DNA of 64,000 nucleotides from assembly GCA_963801015.1 (NCBI GenBank), contig CAWDCV010000002.1, positions 1,307,200-1,371,199 of the forward strand, in the 5' to 3' direction. Below, piece after piece: positions 1 to 8,861 of the stretch. This stretch comes from an uncultured Actinomycetota bacterium. GTDB lineage: Bacteria; Actinomycetota; Actinomycetes; CAWDCV01. The notes below the pieces were generated by a model. The model saw nothing but the letters and a program-made list of their open reading frames with translations, was not told the DNA's origin and searched no databases. The position numbers and the translations under genes were made by a program. Positions within the stretch are counted from its first letter, which is position 1, and every line of letters begins with the position of its first letter.

Positions 1-2
1 TC

Positions 3-344
3 TGCGTGCTAACCGCGTCGGTAGCGGCCTGGGAGGGCCAGATCGGTCAGATCCCGTACGCCTCAGCGAAGGCCGGGATCGTGGGCATGACGCTGGTGGC
101 GGCGCGCGACCTCGCGAGGAAGCTGGTTCGCGTGTGCACGATCGCGCCAGGCGTCTTCGACACACCGATCTTGTCGCGGTTCTCCGATGACGTCCGGCAG
201 GCGCTTGCGGCGCAGATCCCCCACCCGGCGCGGCTGGGGCAGCCGCCGGAGTACGCCTCGCTGGCGCTGCAGATCATCGACAACCCGATGCTGAACGGGG
301 AGACGATCCGCCTCGACGGTGCGATCCGGATGCAGCCACGATGA
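3..344 (+). CDS. SDR family 3-hydroxyacyl-CoA dehydrogenase (HSD10/type-2-like), 5'-truncated by window edge
   Basis: [17 protein letters not shown] (YxxxK), [10 protein letters not shown]-terminal [17 protein letters not shown] typical of HSD10-like SDRs. Confidence 0.85.
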   Translation, partial: CVLTASVAAWEGQIGQIPYASAKAGIVGMTLVAARDLARKLVRVCTIAPGVFDTPILSRFSDDVRQALAAQIPHPARLGQPPEYASLALQIIDNPMLNGETIRLDGAIRMQPR

Positions 345-1103
345 CTCCGGTCTTGACCCGGGAGGAGTCGGGCGTCTTGGTCGTCACGATCAACCGTCCC
401 GAGGTGCGCAACGCGATCAATCTTGCGGCCGCGTCGGGAATCGCTGCGGCGATGGACGAGCTGGACTCGCGCTCGGATCTCGTCGCCGGTGTGCTGACGG
501 GGGCAGGGTCGTCGTTCTGCACCGGGATGGACCTCAAGGCGTTCCTCGCGGGCGAGCGGCCGTCGGTCCCGGGCCGCGGCTTCGCCGGCATCGTGGAGCG
601 CCCACCAGACAAGCCGCTGATCGCGGCGGTCGAGGGTTACGCGGTCGCGGGCGGCTTCGAGATCGCGTTGGCATGCGACCTGCTCGTGGCCGCGTCAGAC
701 GCGCAGTTCGGCCTGCCCGAGGTCCGGCGCGGGCTGGTGGCGGCCGGCGGCGGGTTGTTGCGGCTGCCGACGCGGGTGCCGTACGGCTTGGCGGTGGAGT
801 GGGCGCTGACCGGAGCGTTCGTGCCAGCGTCGCGGGCTTTTGAGGTCGGGTCTGGTGAACCGACTCACTGACCCGGGCGGCGCGCTGGACGCAGCGCTGG
901 AGTTGGCCGCGACGATCGCCGCCAACGGGCCGCTCGCCGTACGAGCGACCAAGCGCATCCTGGTGTCGTCGCGTGACTGGCCCGCTGCGGAGGCGTTCGA
1001 CCGGCAGCGCGAGATCAGCGAACCGGTGCGGTCGTCAGAAGATGCGCGGGAAGGCGCGCGAGCCTTTGCCGAGAAGCGCCGACCGCAATGGCGCGGCGTC
1101 TGA
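341..1103 (+). CDS. Enoyl-CoA hydratase/crotonase; apparent frameshift near 848
   Basis: [31 protein letters not shown]; C-terminal part ([14 protein letters not shown]) continues in another frame (ORF 840..1103). Confidence 0.85.
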
Positions 1104-1127
1104 CACCTCGCCGCCACGCACCCGCCC

Positions 1128-1195
1128 AAATGATCACGTCTACGTGATCATTGAGGGCGATACGCCTGTTGTAGAAGGCGTATCGCCCTCACTCG
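1128..1195. repeat. Double-hairpin REP-like element/bidirectional terminator, copy A
   Basis: AATGATCACGT-ct-ACGTGATCATT followed by a perfect 15-bp stem GAGGGCGATACGCCT..AGGCGTATCGCCCTC, between convergent genes; inverted copy at 36788-36855. Confidence 0.8.
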
Positions 1196-1235
1196 CCGCG
1201 CATCACGCGGCGGAATCACGGCCTCGGAGTCGGAA

Positions 1236-2009
1236 CTACTCGGGGTCGGGGAATTGGGGACGGCGCTTCTCGAGGAAGGCGGTCGCGCCCTCGACCATGT
1301 CGGGGCTGCCGATGGCCTGGACGAGCATCCCGAGCCCCGTCGAGAACGAGTCGCGGGCGGCGTTCCACCAGATGTTCGAGCTGATCTTGGTGATCTCGAG
1401 GTAACGCGGACTCAGCACCTCGAACTCCGCGCACCACGCCTCGACCGTCGACTCCAGCTCGGAGTCGTCGACCACCGCGTTGACCAGCCCCATCCGCAGT
1501 GCCTCGTCAGCGGGATAGCGCCGGCACAGCATCGACAGCTCTTTCGCCCGCTTCTCACCGATCTGAATTCCCATGACGTTCGTCGCACCGGTGACCGGCG
1601 AGCTGCCGACCCGCGGACCTGTCTGGCCGAATGTCGCCGAGCGCGCCGCAATGGCGAGGTCGCACGCGACCACGAGCTCGTTCCCGCCACCGGCAGCCGG
1701 CCCGTTGACCGCCGCGATGACCGGCCGCGGGCAGGTACGGATGGCGTCGAACAGCCGCAGCGAGGCGCGATAGAGATGCCGCATGTCACCGGGCGTCGGC
1801 GTGCTCAACGACGCCAACGATCCGCCGGCGCAGAAGCTGCGCTCGACGCCGGTGATGACGACAGACCGCATCGCCGACGCACCTTCGAGGGCCTCGACGA
1901 TCGCCGCGGCCATGTCGGCGTCGTACGCGTTGCGCCGCTCCGGACGGTTGAGCCGGATCCACAGCGAGGAGCCGCGCTGCTCGGTCAGGACGTCGGGCAC
2001 GGCGGTCAC
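1236..2009 (-). CDS. Crotonase-family hydrolase, MenB/BadI/Oah-like (possible cyclic beta-ketoacyl-CoA hydrolase)
   Basis: LNRPERRNA, AAGGGNELVVACDL, FGQTGPRVGS motifs; GTG start overlaps the ACAD stop. Confidence 0.8.
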   Translation of the reverse strand: MTAVPDVLTEQRGSSLWIRLNRPERRNAYDADMAAAIVEALEGASAMRSVVITGVERSFCAGGSLASLSTPTPGDMRHLYRASLRLFDAIRTCPRPVIAAVNGPAAGGGNELVVACDLAIAARSATFGQTGPRVGSSPVTGATNVMGIQIGEKRAKELSMLCRRYPADEALRMGLVNAVVDDSELESTVEAWCAEFEVLSPRYLEITKISSNIWWNAARDSFSTGLGMLVQAIGSPDMVEGATAFLEKRRPQFPDPE

Positions 2010-3190
2010 TCTCTCGTACGGACGACGGTCGACGTGCGATGGCGGTCCATTCGTTTCCACCCGAGCGCGTCGTCGGCGATGAGCAGTGCCTGGATGTTGG
2101 CCGAGCCCTCGCCGGTCTGCCAGAGCTTGGCGTAGTTGAGATAGATGCTGATCGGTACGTCGTCGCTGAAAGCGGCTCCGCCGAAGATCTCGGCCGCCGC
2201 CTGAGCAGCTCGGTTGCCGACCTCGCCGGCGAAGTACTTGGCCACCGAGCTTTCCCGGGTCGCGACGGTGCCGGTGTCGTACCCGCGCGCAGCCTCACGT
2301 ACGAGAGCTCGCGCTGCGGCGACGTCACAGGCCATCTCGGCGATCAGCTTCTTGATCATCTGGAACGAGCCGATCTTCTCGCCGAACGCCTCGCGCTGGT
2401 TGGCGTACTCCACCGACGCGTCGAGGCACGCCTGCGCAAGGCCGACAGAGCGCGACGCCACAGAAAGCCGCCCGTAGTCCATCGCGGTCATCGCGACGAC
2501 GAAGCCCTGCCCGACGTCGCCGAGCACGTTGCGGGCGGGTACCCGTACGCCGTCGAGGTTGACTGCGTTGGTCGGCATCAATGACCCGAGAACGCGGCAC
2601 GGTACGCGCGTCGTCGAGAAGCCGGGGCTATTGGTCGGTACGACGAAGGCGGTCACCCCGCGATGCCCCGCCGCCGGATCGGTCTTGGCGTAGACCACCG
2701 CGACGTCGGCGACGTTCGCGTTGGTGATCCACATCTTGGCGCCATCGAGAACGAAATCGTCGCCGTCGCGTCGAGCCCGAGTACGCATCGCGCCGAGGAA
2801 GTCCGAGCCGCCGTCCGGCTCCGTCATCGCGTTGCAGCCGAGCAGCTCGCCGGTGATCAGCCCGGTGACGTACCGCTCGACCAGCTCGTCGCTGCCCCAC
2901 GCGGCGATCGTCAACGGGACGGTCGCGGCCTGCAGGTTCATGGCGGCGCTCAGCGGCGGGTAGACCCAGGCCAGCTGCTCGGCGACCGCGGCCAGCGCGG
3001 TGTAGCCCGCTGCCGTACCACCCATGGACTCGGGGAAGCAGCACCCGAAGAAGCCAAGCCGGCCCATGTCGCGGTACAGCTCGCGGGGGAACTCCTGCTT
3101 CTCCTCGAGCTCGCGCACTCGAGGGCGAACTTCGCGCAGTCCCCAGTCTCGGACCAGCTCCGACAGCTCATCCGCGAGATCGTTCGACAT
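2006..3190 (-). CDS. Acyl-CoA dehydrogenase
   Basis: AMTEPDGGSD, GAKMWITN, REAFGEKIGSFQ, GEGSANIQ. Confidence 0.93.
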   Translation of the reverse strand: MSNDLADELSELVRDWGLREVRPRVRELEEKQEFPRELYRDMGRLGFFGCCFPESMGGTAAGYTALAAVAEQLAWVYPPLSAAMNLQAATVPLTIAAWGSDELVERYVTGLITGELLGCNAMTEPDGGSDFLGAMRTRARRDGDDFVLDGAKMWITNANVADVAVVYAKTDPAAGHRGVTAFVVPTNSPGFSTTRVPCRVLGSLMPTNAVNLDGVRVPARNVLGDVGQGFVVAMTAMDYGRLSVASRSVGLAQACLDASVEYANQREAFGEKIGSFQMIKKLIAEMACDVAAARALVREAARGYDTGTVATRESSVAKYFAGEVGNRAAQAAAEIFGGAAFSDDVPISIYLNYAKLWQTGEGSANIQALLIADDALGWKRMDRHRTSTVVRTRE

Positions 3191-3201
3191 CCCTGCTGAT
3201 C

Positions 3202-3218
3202 ATAAATATGGATAGTAT
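3202..3218. promoter_or_regulatory. Putative 17-bp operator, site 1 (ACAD/FadR divergent promoter)
   Basis: ATAAATATGGATAGTAT within TCATA-N11-TATGA; matches the motif at 7 other promoter regions of the cluster. Confidence 0.6.
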
Positions 3219-3316
3219 GAGGGTCAACATTTCCAGTCGAGCATGCAGCGGTACGGCACAGTGGACGCACCGTCATCCGGTCGGCCCACGCCTTGCAAGG
3301 AAAGGACGGCACGCCC

Positions 3317-4081
3317 ATGTCCCAGGGACAGCCCATGAGTCCCAATGGGGCTGCCCGCCCGCCCAAGGCCGCCATGCTCATCGCGCAGCGGATCATTCGC
3401 GACGTCATCTCTGCCCAGCTCAAGCCGGGTGATCTGCTGCTTCCCGAGCGGACGATGCTCGAGCGCTACCAGACCGGGCGCGGCACGCTGCGCGAGGCGC
3501 TGCGACTGCTCGAGTTCCAAGGCGTGATCTCGCTCAAGCCGGGACCGCGTGGCGGCCCGGTGCTGCAGCAGCCGACGGCCGCTCACCTCGCCAGCACGCT
3601 CGTGCTGTTGCTGCAGCTCAAGGAGGCGCCGTTCCGCAGCATCGTCGAGGTGCGCTCGGCGATGGAGCCGATGATCAGCCGGCTCGCGGCCGAGCGGATG
3701 AGCGACGAGGCGCTCGACGAGCTGAGCGAGACGATCGACCAGATGCGCGACAACCTGGGCAACCAGGACCTGTTCCTGGAGGCCAACAAGCGCTTCCACG
3801 ACATCATCGCCTGGTCGTCGGGCAATCCCCTGTTCGGCTACATCGTCGACTCGCTGCTCGGCATCATGGACGGCACCGTCATTGGCATCGACTACCCCAG
3901 CCCGCGGCGCGCCGCGATCTTGACGGCTCACGACGAGATCTTCCAGGCACTGCGGCGACGCGATCCGGAGGCGGCCGAGGCCCGGATGCGCGAGCACATC
4001 GAGGCGTACGAGCGCTACGCGCAGCGCAAGTTCCCCGAGGTCCTCGACACCGTCATCCGCTGGGATCGGGCGATGATGTAA
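3317..4081 (+). CDS. GntR/FadR family transcriptional regulator (wHTH + FCD)
   Basis: LKPGDLLLPER..GRGTLREALRLLE..GPRGG; FCD motifs NKRFH, SGNPL, HDEI, MREHI. Confidence 0.92.
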   Translation: MSQGQPMSPNGAARPPKAAMLIAQRIIRDVISAQLKPGDLLLPERTMLERYQTGRGTLREALRLLEFQGVISLKPGPRGGPVLQQPTAAHLASTLVLLLQLKEAPFRSIVEVRSAMEPMISRLAAERMSDEALDELSETIDQMRDNLGNQDLFLEANKRFHDIIAWSSGNPLFGYIVDSLLGIMDGTVIGIDYPSPRRAAILTAHDEIFQALRRRDPEAAEARMREHIEAYERYAQRKFPEVLDTVIRWDRAMM

Positions 4082-4082
4082 C

Positions 4083-4125
4083 GACTTCCGACGATGCGGA
4101 GCGCAGCGGAGGCGAGGAGGAAGTC
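4083..4125. terminator. Stem-loop between convergent genes, MIRU-like loop
   Basis: GACTTCC...GGAAGTC enclosing CGACGATGCGGAGCGCAGCGGAGGCGAGGAGG. Confidence 0.5.
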
Positions 4126-4128
4126 AAT

Positions 4129-4971
4129 TCAGTAGAGCGTGTAGCCGCGTTCCGCCGTTGTCCCAAGCACCATGGCCCGCTCGCTGGGTGTCAGGCCATC
4201 GAGCACCTGCTCGGTGACCTCCACCACGACGTCGTACGGCGCGTGCAGCAGCGAGACCGGCCAATCCGAGCCGAACATCACCCGCTCAGCGCCGAACGCC
4301 TCCAGCGCGATGTCGACGTACGGCTGGGTCGGACCGGCCATCGTCAGGATCTGCGACAGCTTGCACGTCACGTTCGGCTCCGCCGCCAGCGTGCGGATGC
4401 CGATTGCCCAGTCATCCAGATCCGCTGGGAGGGTCGGCGGCTTGCCGAGGTGATCGACGACGAAAGTCATGTCCGGGTGGCTGCGGACGGTGTGCAGCAC
4501 CGTGTCCCCGTGCTCGGGCCGGAAGATCAGGTCGTATGGCAGCTGTGCCGCGGCCACCGCCGCAAGTCCACGCTGCACCTGCGGCGAGCCGAGCCAGCCG
4601 GCCGGGTCGTTGTCGACCAGCGCCAGGTGGCGGATGCCGACGAGCCAGCGCCCGTTGGGTTTGTCGCGTAGCTCCGCCAGCCGCTCGGCGACGTCGGGAG
4701 CGGCCAGGTCGACCCAACCCACGACGCCGGCAACCCGCGGTTCGACAGCCGCGTACGCCAGCAGGTCGTCGGTCTCGTCCGGGTCATTGATTGCCTGCAC
4801 GAGGACCGCTGAGTCGACGTCGGTCGCGTCGGCGACGTGAACCCAGTCCGACACGGCGAATGTGCTGCGGATCGCGCTGCGTGCCTCGTCGATCCACGGC
4901 ACGTCTCGGCGAGCGAGGTCCCAGACGTGGACGTGGGCGTCGATGCGGCGCGCATTTCTCGTGTCTTGCAT
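4129..4971 (-). CDS. Amidohydrolase family protein (L-fuconolactonase-like)
   Basis: IDAHVHVW, VVGWVDL, DHLGKP, FGSDWPV. Confidence 0.88.
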   Translation of the reverse strand: MQDTRNARRIDAHVHVWDLARRDVPWIDEARSAIRSTFAVSDWVHVADATDVDSAVLVQAINDPDETDDLLAYAAVEPRVAGVVGWVDLAAPDVAERLAELRDKPNGRWLVGIRHLALVDNDPAGWLGSPQVQRGLAAVAAAQLPYDLIFRPEHGDTVLHTVRSHPDMTFVVDHLGKPPTLPADLDDWAIGIRTLAAEPNVTCKLSQILTMAGPTQPYVDIALEAFGAERVMFGSDWPVSLLHAPYDVVVEVTEQVLDGLTPSERAMVLGTTAERGYTLY

Positions 4972-5144
4972 CACACGGCGTCCCGTGTAGTCCGACGGTG
5001 CGCGGGTATCCATAGGCTCAACCCAAGTAAAGCGTCCCAGTGGTGTTGCCCCGGACCCGGCAGCCCGTCGCACCACGCTGCCGTCGAGACCCGGGAGTAC
5101 CACGTGATCAACCCAGGAACAGCTGCTCGTCCGCGGTCCGCCCG

Positions 5145-6227
5145 ATGACAGCGGTCAGTGACGCCCCACCCCTAGCGGTGGAGTCGACTCCACTGCGCAC
5201 CCGGCACGTCAGCACCTACGCCCAGCTGTCGCGCCGCGTGCAGGAAAGTGGGTTGCTGCGTCGCCGGTACGGCTACTACTGGACCCGGTTGGTCGCGGTC
5301 GTGGTCGCCTTCGTCCTGGTCTGGGTCATCGTCGTGCTCGTCGGTAACTCCTGGATCCAACTGGCGCTGGCGGCCGCACTCGCGGTGATCTCGACCCAGT
5401 TCGGCTTCCTCGGACACGATGCGGCGCACCGCCAGATCTTCGCGTCCCACCGCTGGAACGAGTGGACGTCGCGAGTACTCAGCGCATTCGCAGGGCTCAG
5501 CTACGGCTGGTGGATCAGCAAGCACAATCGCCATCACAAGGCACCCAATCAGGAGGGCAAGGACCCCGACATAGCTCCTGGAGCTCTCGCCTTCACCCCC
5601 GCTGCCGCGGCGGCAAAGACGGGTCTTGCCGCGCGGCTAGCTCGCTACCAAGGCTGGTTCTTCTTCCCGCTGCTCACCCTCGAGGGATTGCACTTGCACG
5701 CCAAGAGCGTCCAGACGGTCTTCCGCCGGGCCCCCCTCTCCCACCGCTGGGTCGAGGCGACCTTCCTCGCCGCGCGTCTCGGCGGCTACCTGGCCGCGCT
5801 CGTCCTGATCCTTCCGCCGGGGAAGGCCGCGGCGTTCTTCGGTGTCCACATGGCCATCTTCGGGGTCCTGCTGGGAGGCGCCTTTGCACCGAATCACAAG
5901 GGGATGCCGATCGTGCCGGCGAACCTCAAGGTCGACTTCCTGCGTCGCCAGGTCCTGATGTCGCGCAACATCCGTGGCGGACGCCTTATCGACTTCGCGA
6001 TGGGCGGTCTGAACTACCAGATCGAGCACCACCTCTTCCCGAGCATGCCCCGGCCCAACCTGAAGCGGGCCCAAGCGATGGTCCGAGCGCATTGCGCCGA
6101 GCAGGGGGTCACGTACACGGAGACGACGCTGCTGAAGTCGTACGGAATCGTGGTGCGCTACCTCAACGCGGTAGGGCTGCGCGCACGTGACCCGTTCGCG
6201 TGTCCGCTGGTGTCGCAGTACCGCTGA
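5145..6227 (+). CDS. Fatty acid (acyl-CoA) desaturase
   Basis: Three His boxes HDAAH, HNRHH, QIEHHLFP; transmembrane segments. Confidence 0.92.
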   Translation: MTAVSDAPPLAVESTPLRTRHVSTYAQLSRRVQESGLLRRRYGYYWTRLVAVVVAFVLVWVIVVLVGNSWIQLALAAALAVISTQFGFLGHDAAHRQIFASHRWNEWTSRVLSAFAGLSYGWWISKHNRHHKAPNQEGKDPDIAPGALAFTPAAAAAKTGLAARLARYQGWFFFPLLTLEGLHLHAKSVQTVFRRAPLSHRWVEATFLAARLGGYLAALVLILPPGKAAAFFGVHMAIFGVLLGGAFAPNHKGMPIVPANLKVDFLRRQVLMSRNIRGGRLIDFAMGGLNYQIEHHLFPSMPRPNLKRAQAMVRAHCAEQGVTYTETTLLKSYGIVVRYLNAVGLRARDPFACPLVSQYR

Positions 6228-6257
6228 GCTGCGCAGCGCCGCGGGCGCTGCGATACA

Positions 6258-6659
6258 TCACACGAGGGGCACGCCGGCACGTGACGCGGCCGACCGCAGC
6301 TTCTCGTCTCGGGTTGCGAGCGGGTTTCCGTCGCGCTCGGCAAGAACGAGATACGAGGAGTCGTAGGCACTGAGCCCGTGGCGTCGGCCGAGAGCCAGCA
6401 CGCTGGCCATATCGGAGGACGTCATGTCGACATGGATCGGCAACCGGGCAAACAGCTCGACGAAACGGGCCGATTGGAACTCGCTGAGCCTGTGTCGTCG
6501 CTCCGCCACGAGCAGGGCGTTCGCTACCTCGAACTCCCAGAGGGTGGGAACGATTGCAGAGTCATCGGCGAGGCGTTCAAGAATCGCTTCCGTCTCGGGT
6601 GTCGTCTCGTCGGCGAAGCACCAGGCGAGCGCAACAGAAGCATCGAGGACGAACGGCAT
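6258..6659 (-). CDS. vapC: VapC PIN-domain toxin
   Basis: FVLDASVAL, EVANAL, LSAYDSSY, LATRD: acidic PIN residues; 133 aa. Confidence 0.92.
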   Translation of the reverse strand: MPFVLDASVALAWCFADETTPETEAILERLADDSAIVPTLWEFEVANALLVAERRHRLSEFQSARFVELFARLPIHVDMTSSDMASVLALGRRHGLSAYDSSYLVLAERDGNPLATRDEKLRSAASRAGVPLV

Positions 6660-6902
6660 CTAGCGTCGGCCTTCATCGATCAGCTCGCGGATCGTCAGGT
6701 CGCCGAGCTCGATGCCCTCTCGTGCGCGTCTCAGCTCGGCGATAACTTCATCGGGCTTCGTCGCACCGGTCCGCATAGGAACCAGTCGGGCCACGGGGAC
6801 TCCGTGTCTAGTGATGACATACGTCTTCCCCGTCCTCGCCACCTCCTCGAGAAGCCGAGGAAGGTGCGTCTTGGCCTCGTATGCGCCCACGGAAGAAGTC
6901 AC
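6660..6902 (-). CDS. vapB: Phd/YefM family antitoxin
   Basis: VGAYEAKTHLPRLL..ITRHGVPVARLVP; directly upstream of vapC. Confidence 0.92.
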   Translation of the reverse strand: MTSSVGAYEAKTHLPRLLEEVARTGKTYVITRHGVPVARLVPMRTGATKPDEVIAELRRAREGIELGDLTIRELIDEGRR

Positions 6903-6910
6903 GAGATCAG

Positions 6911-6927
6911 ACTAGCCGTCGACTAGT
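6911..6927. promoter_or_regulatory. Probable vapBC autoregulatory operator over a leaderless -10
   Basis: ACTAG-N7-CTAGT inverted repeat; minus strand TAGTCT lies 6 nt before the GTG start. Confidence 0.5.
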
Positions 6928-6981
6928 GCAAACACGGCCCTTGGGCCAGAACATGCATCCGAGCCGGGCTAGGGTTCCATC

Positions 6982-7481
6982 GTGGCGGACCAGGACGACC
7001 ACCTCGCGCAGGTAAACATCGCGCTGCCCGTAGAGCCGCTCACGTCGCAGCGGTTGGCAGAGTTCGTCGAGCTGCTCGAGCCGGTCAATGCTCTGGCTGA
7101 CAGCGCACCGGGGTTCGTGTGGCGGTTGCAGACCGAGGACGGCGATGCGACCGCGGTGCGTGCCCTCGGCGATGACCGCTTGATCGTGAACATGAGTGTC
7201 TGGGCATCCGTCGAGGATCTCGCGGCCTTCGTCTTCGGGAGCTACCACGCGGCGGTCATGCGACGCCGACGTGAATGGTTCTCGCGCATGCGTGAGCCGT
7301 ATGCGACTTCCTGGTGGGTCCCCGCCGGTGTGCGTCCCACTGTCGCCGACGCCGAGGAACGGCTTACGGCGCTACGCGCGCACGGACCCACCCCGTTCGC
7401 TTCACGCAGCGGCGATCGTTTCCGCTGCCGGACAGCATCGCCGAGCAGCGCAGCAATGACGACTGGTTCTGCCCGGCTTAG
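6982..7481 (+). CDS. DUF3291 domain protein; apparent frameshift near 7401
   Basis: HLAQVNIA, ADSAPGFVWRL, NMSVW, RRREWF, HGPTPFA; shifted frame gives tail NDDWFCPA*. Confidence 0.82.
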
Positions 7482-7941
7482 GACTGATCCACCGGCTTCT
7501 TGAGGATCATGCCGCTTCGGTGGCAGAGGTGGACGATCTCGTCGCGCTGGTTGTAGCCGCGATGCTCGAACCACACGATGCCCGCTTCGGGCCGGCTTTT
7601 CGACTCGCGCTTGCGCAGGATGGTCGTCTCCGCACGCAGCGTGTCGCCGTGAAAGACCGGGTTGGGAAAGGTCATCTTCTCGTAGCCAAGGTTGCCGATC
7701 GTCGTCCCGAACGTCAGGTCGTAGACGATCATCCCGCCGATGAGACCAGCCGTGTAGAGGCTGTTCATCAGCCGCTGCCCCTGCGGCGATGCTTGCGCGC
7801 GTACTCCTCATCGAGGTGGACCGGGGCGGGATTCATCGTGATCGACGTGAAGAGGACGTTGTCCATCTCCGTCACGGTGCGCCGGTACGCGTGCTTGAAC
7901 TCCGCGCCCTCGTGCATCTCCTCGTACCACAGGCCGGGCAA
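7478..7941 (-). CDS. MaoC family dehydratase (Rv2499c-like); apparent frameshift near 7780
   Basis: TTG start after AGGAGG: GLWYEE..RTVTEMDNVLF..HLDEEY, then MNSLYT..PVFHGDTL..RESKSRP in another frame. Confidence 0.85.
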
Positions 7942-7953
7942 GAGATCCTCCTG

Positions 7954-8848
7954 TCAGATGCCGCCGTTGAGCGACGCGAGCGCGTCGACCCGGGCGAGCC
8001 ATTCGGTGGCCTTGTCGGCGTGGGCCTTGTCGATGTGGATGTCGCCGTACATCACCGCGCCGTCGCCGCGCGCCTCGGCTTCCTCGTACGCGGCGAGTAG
8101 GCCGCGGTAGAAGTCGATGTCCTCCTTGGCCGGCGTGAACGCCTCGTTGACGACCGGCACGTGCGTCGGGTGCAGCACCACCTGCCCGCGAAAGCCCATC
8201 TTGCGGTTGCTGTATCGAGAACTCGCGCAGGCCGTCGAGATCGCGGATGCGCTCCCACAGCGCCGTCAGTGGATGGATCCCGGCGGCACGCGAGGCGAGC
8301 AGGATGCGGCTGCGGTGGTGCAGCGACTCCAAACCCTCAGGTGTCCACTCGTAGCCGACGGCCTTGGCGATGTCGGCGTGCTCTGCGGTCGGTCCGATCA
8401 TGGCGCCGACCCGCGGCGAGGCCAGCGCGATCTCCTCGCAGTGCTGGATGCCCTGCACGGTCTCGATCGGGATGATGTATTCGATTCCGCTGACGCCGCT
8501 GCGCGCCTCGAAGTGGTCGAGCAGCGCGTCGTACTTGATGACGTCGATCGCGCTGTCGACCTTGGGCGCGAAGATGCCCGTGAGGCCAGGCACGACCGTG
8601 GCCTCGAGATCCAGGCCGGTGAGGCCAGTCGGCAGCGAGTTCGGCCGGACGAAGAGCCCCAGGGCTGGGTACGTCGTAGAGAGCTGCTCGACGACGCCGG
8701 CGAGCTCGGTGCGCGCCGACTCCTTGAGCTGAGGAGGGACGGAGTCTTCGAGGTCGAAGCAGATGGCGTCCGCGCCGGCGGCCGCGGCCTTGTCGAACCA
8801 CGACGTCTTGTGCGCCGGGACGAAGAGCACGGTGCGGTAGGGCTTCAT
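7954..8848 (-). CDS. CitE/HpcH family acyl-CoA lyase; apparent frameshift near 8210
   Basis: RTVLFVP, DLEDSV, FVRPN, PKVDS, IETVQG; C-terminus GFRGQVVLHPTHV..FTP in shifted frame. Confidence 0.85.
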
Positions 8849-8861
8849 TCGCGGTCGCCCC

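Noticed and set aside
1236-2009. menB (naphthoate synthase) call
   Set aside because: Lacks the VGSFD Asp and the GGDQ motif, and there is no men gene context
5101-5110. CACGTGATCA match to the double-hairpin element
   Set aside because: Only a short half-site without the rest of the element; likely chance
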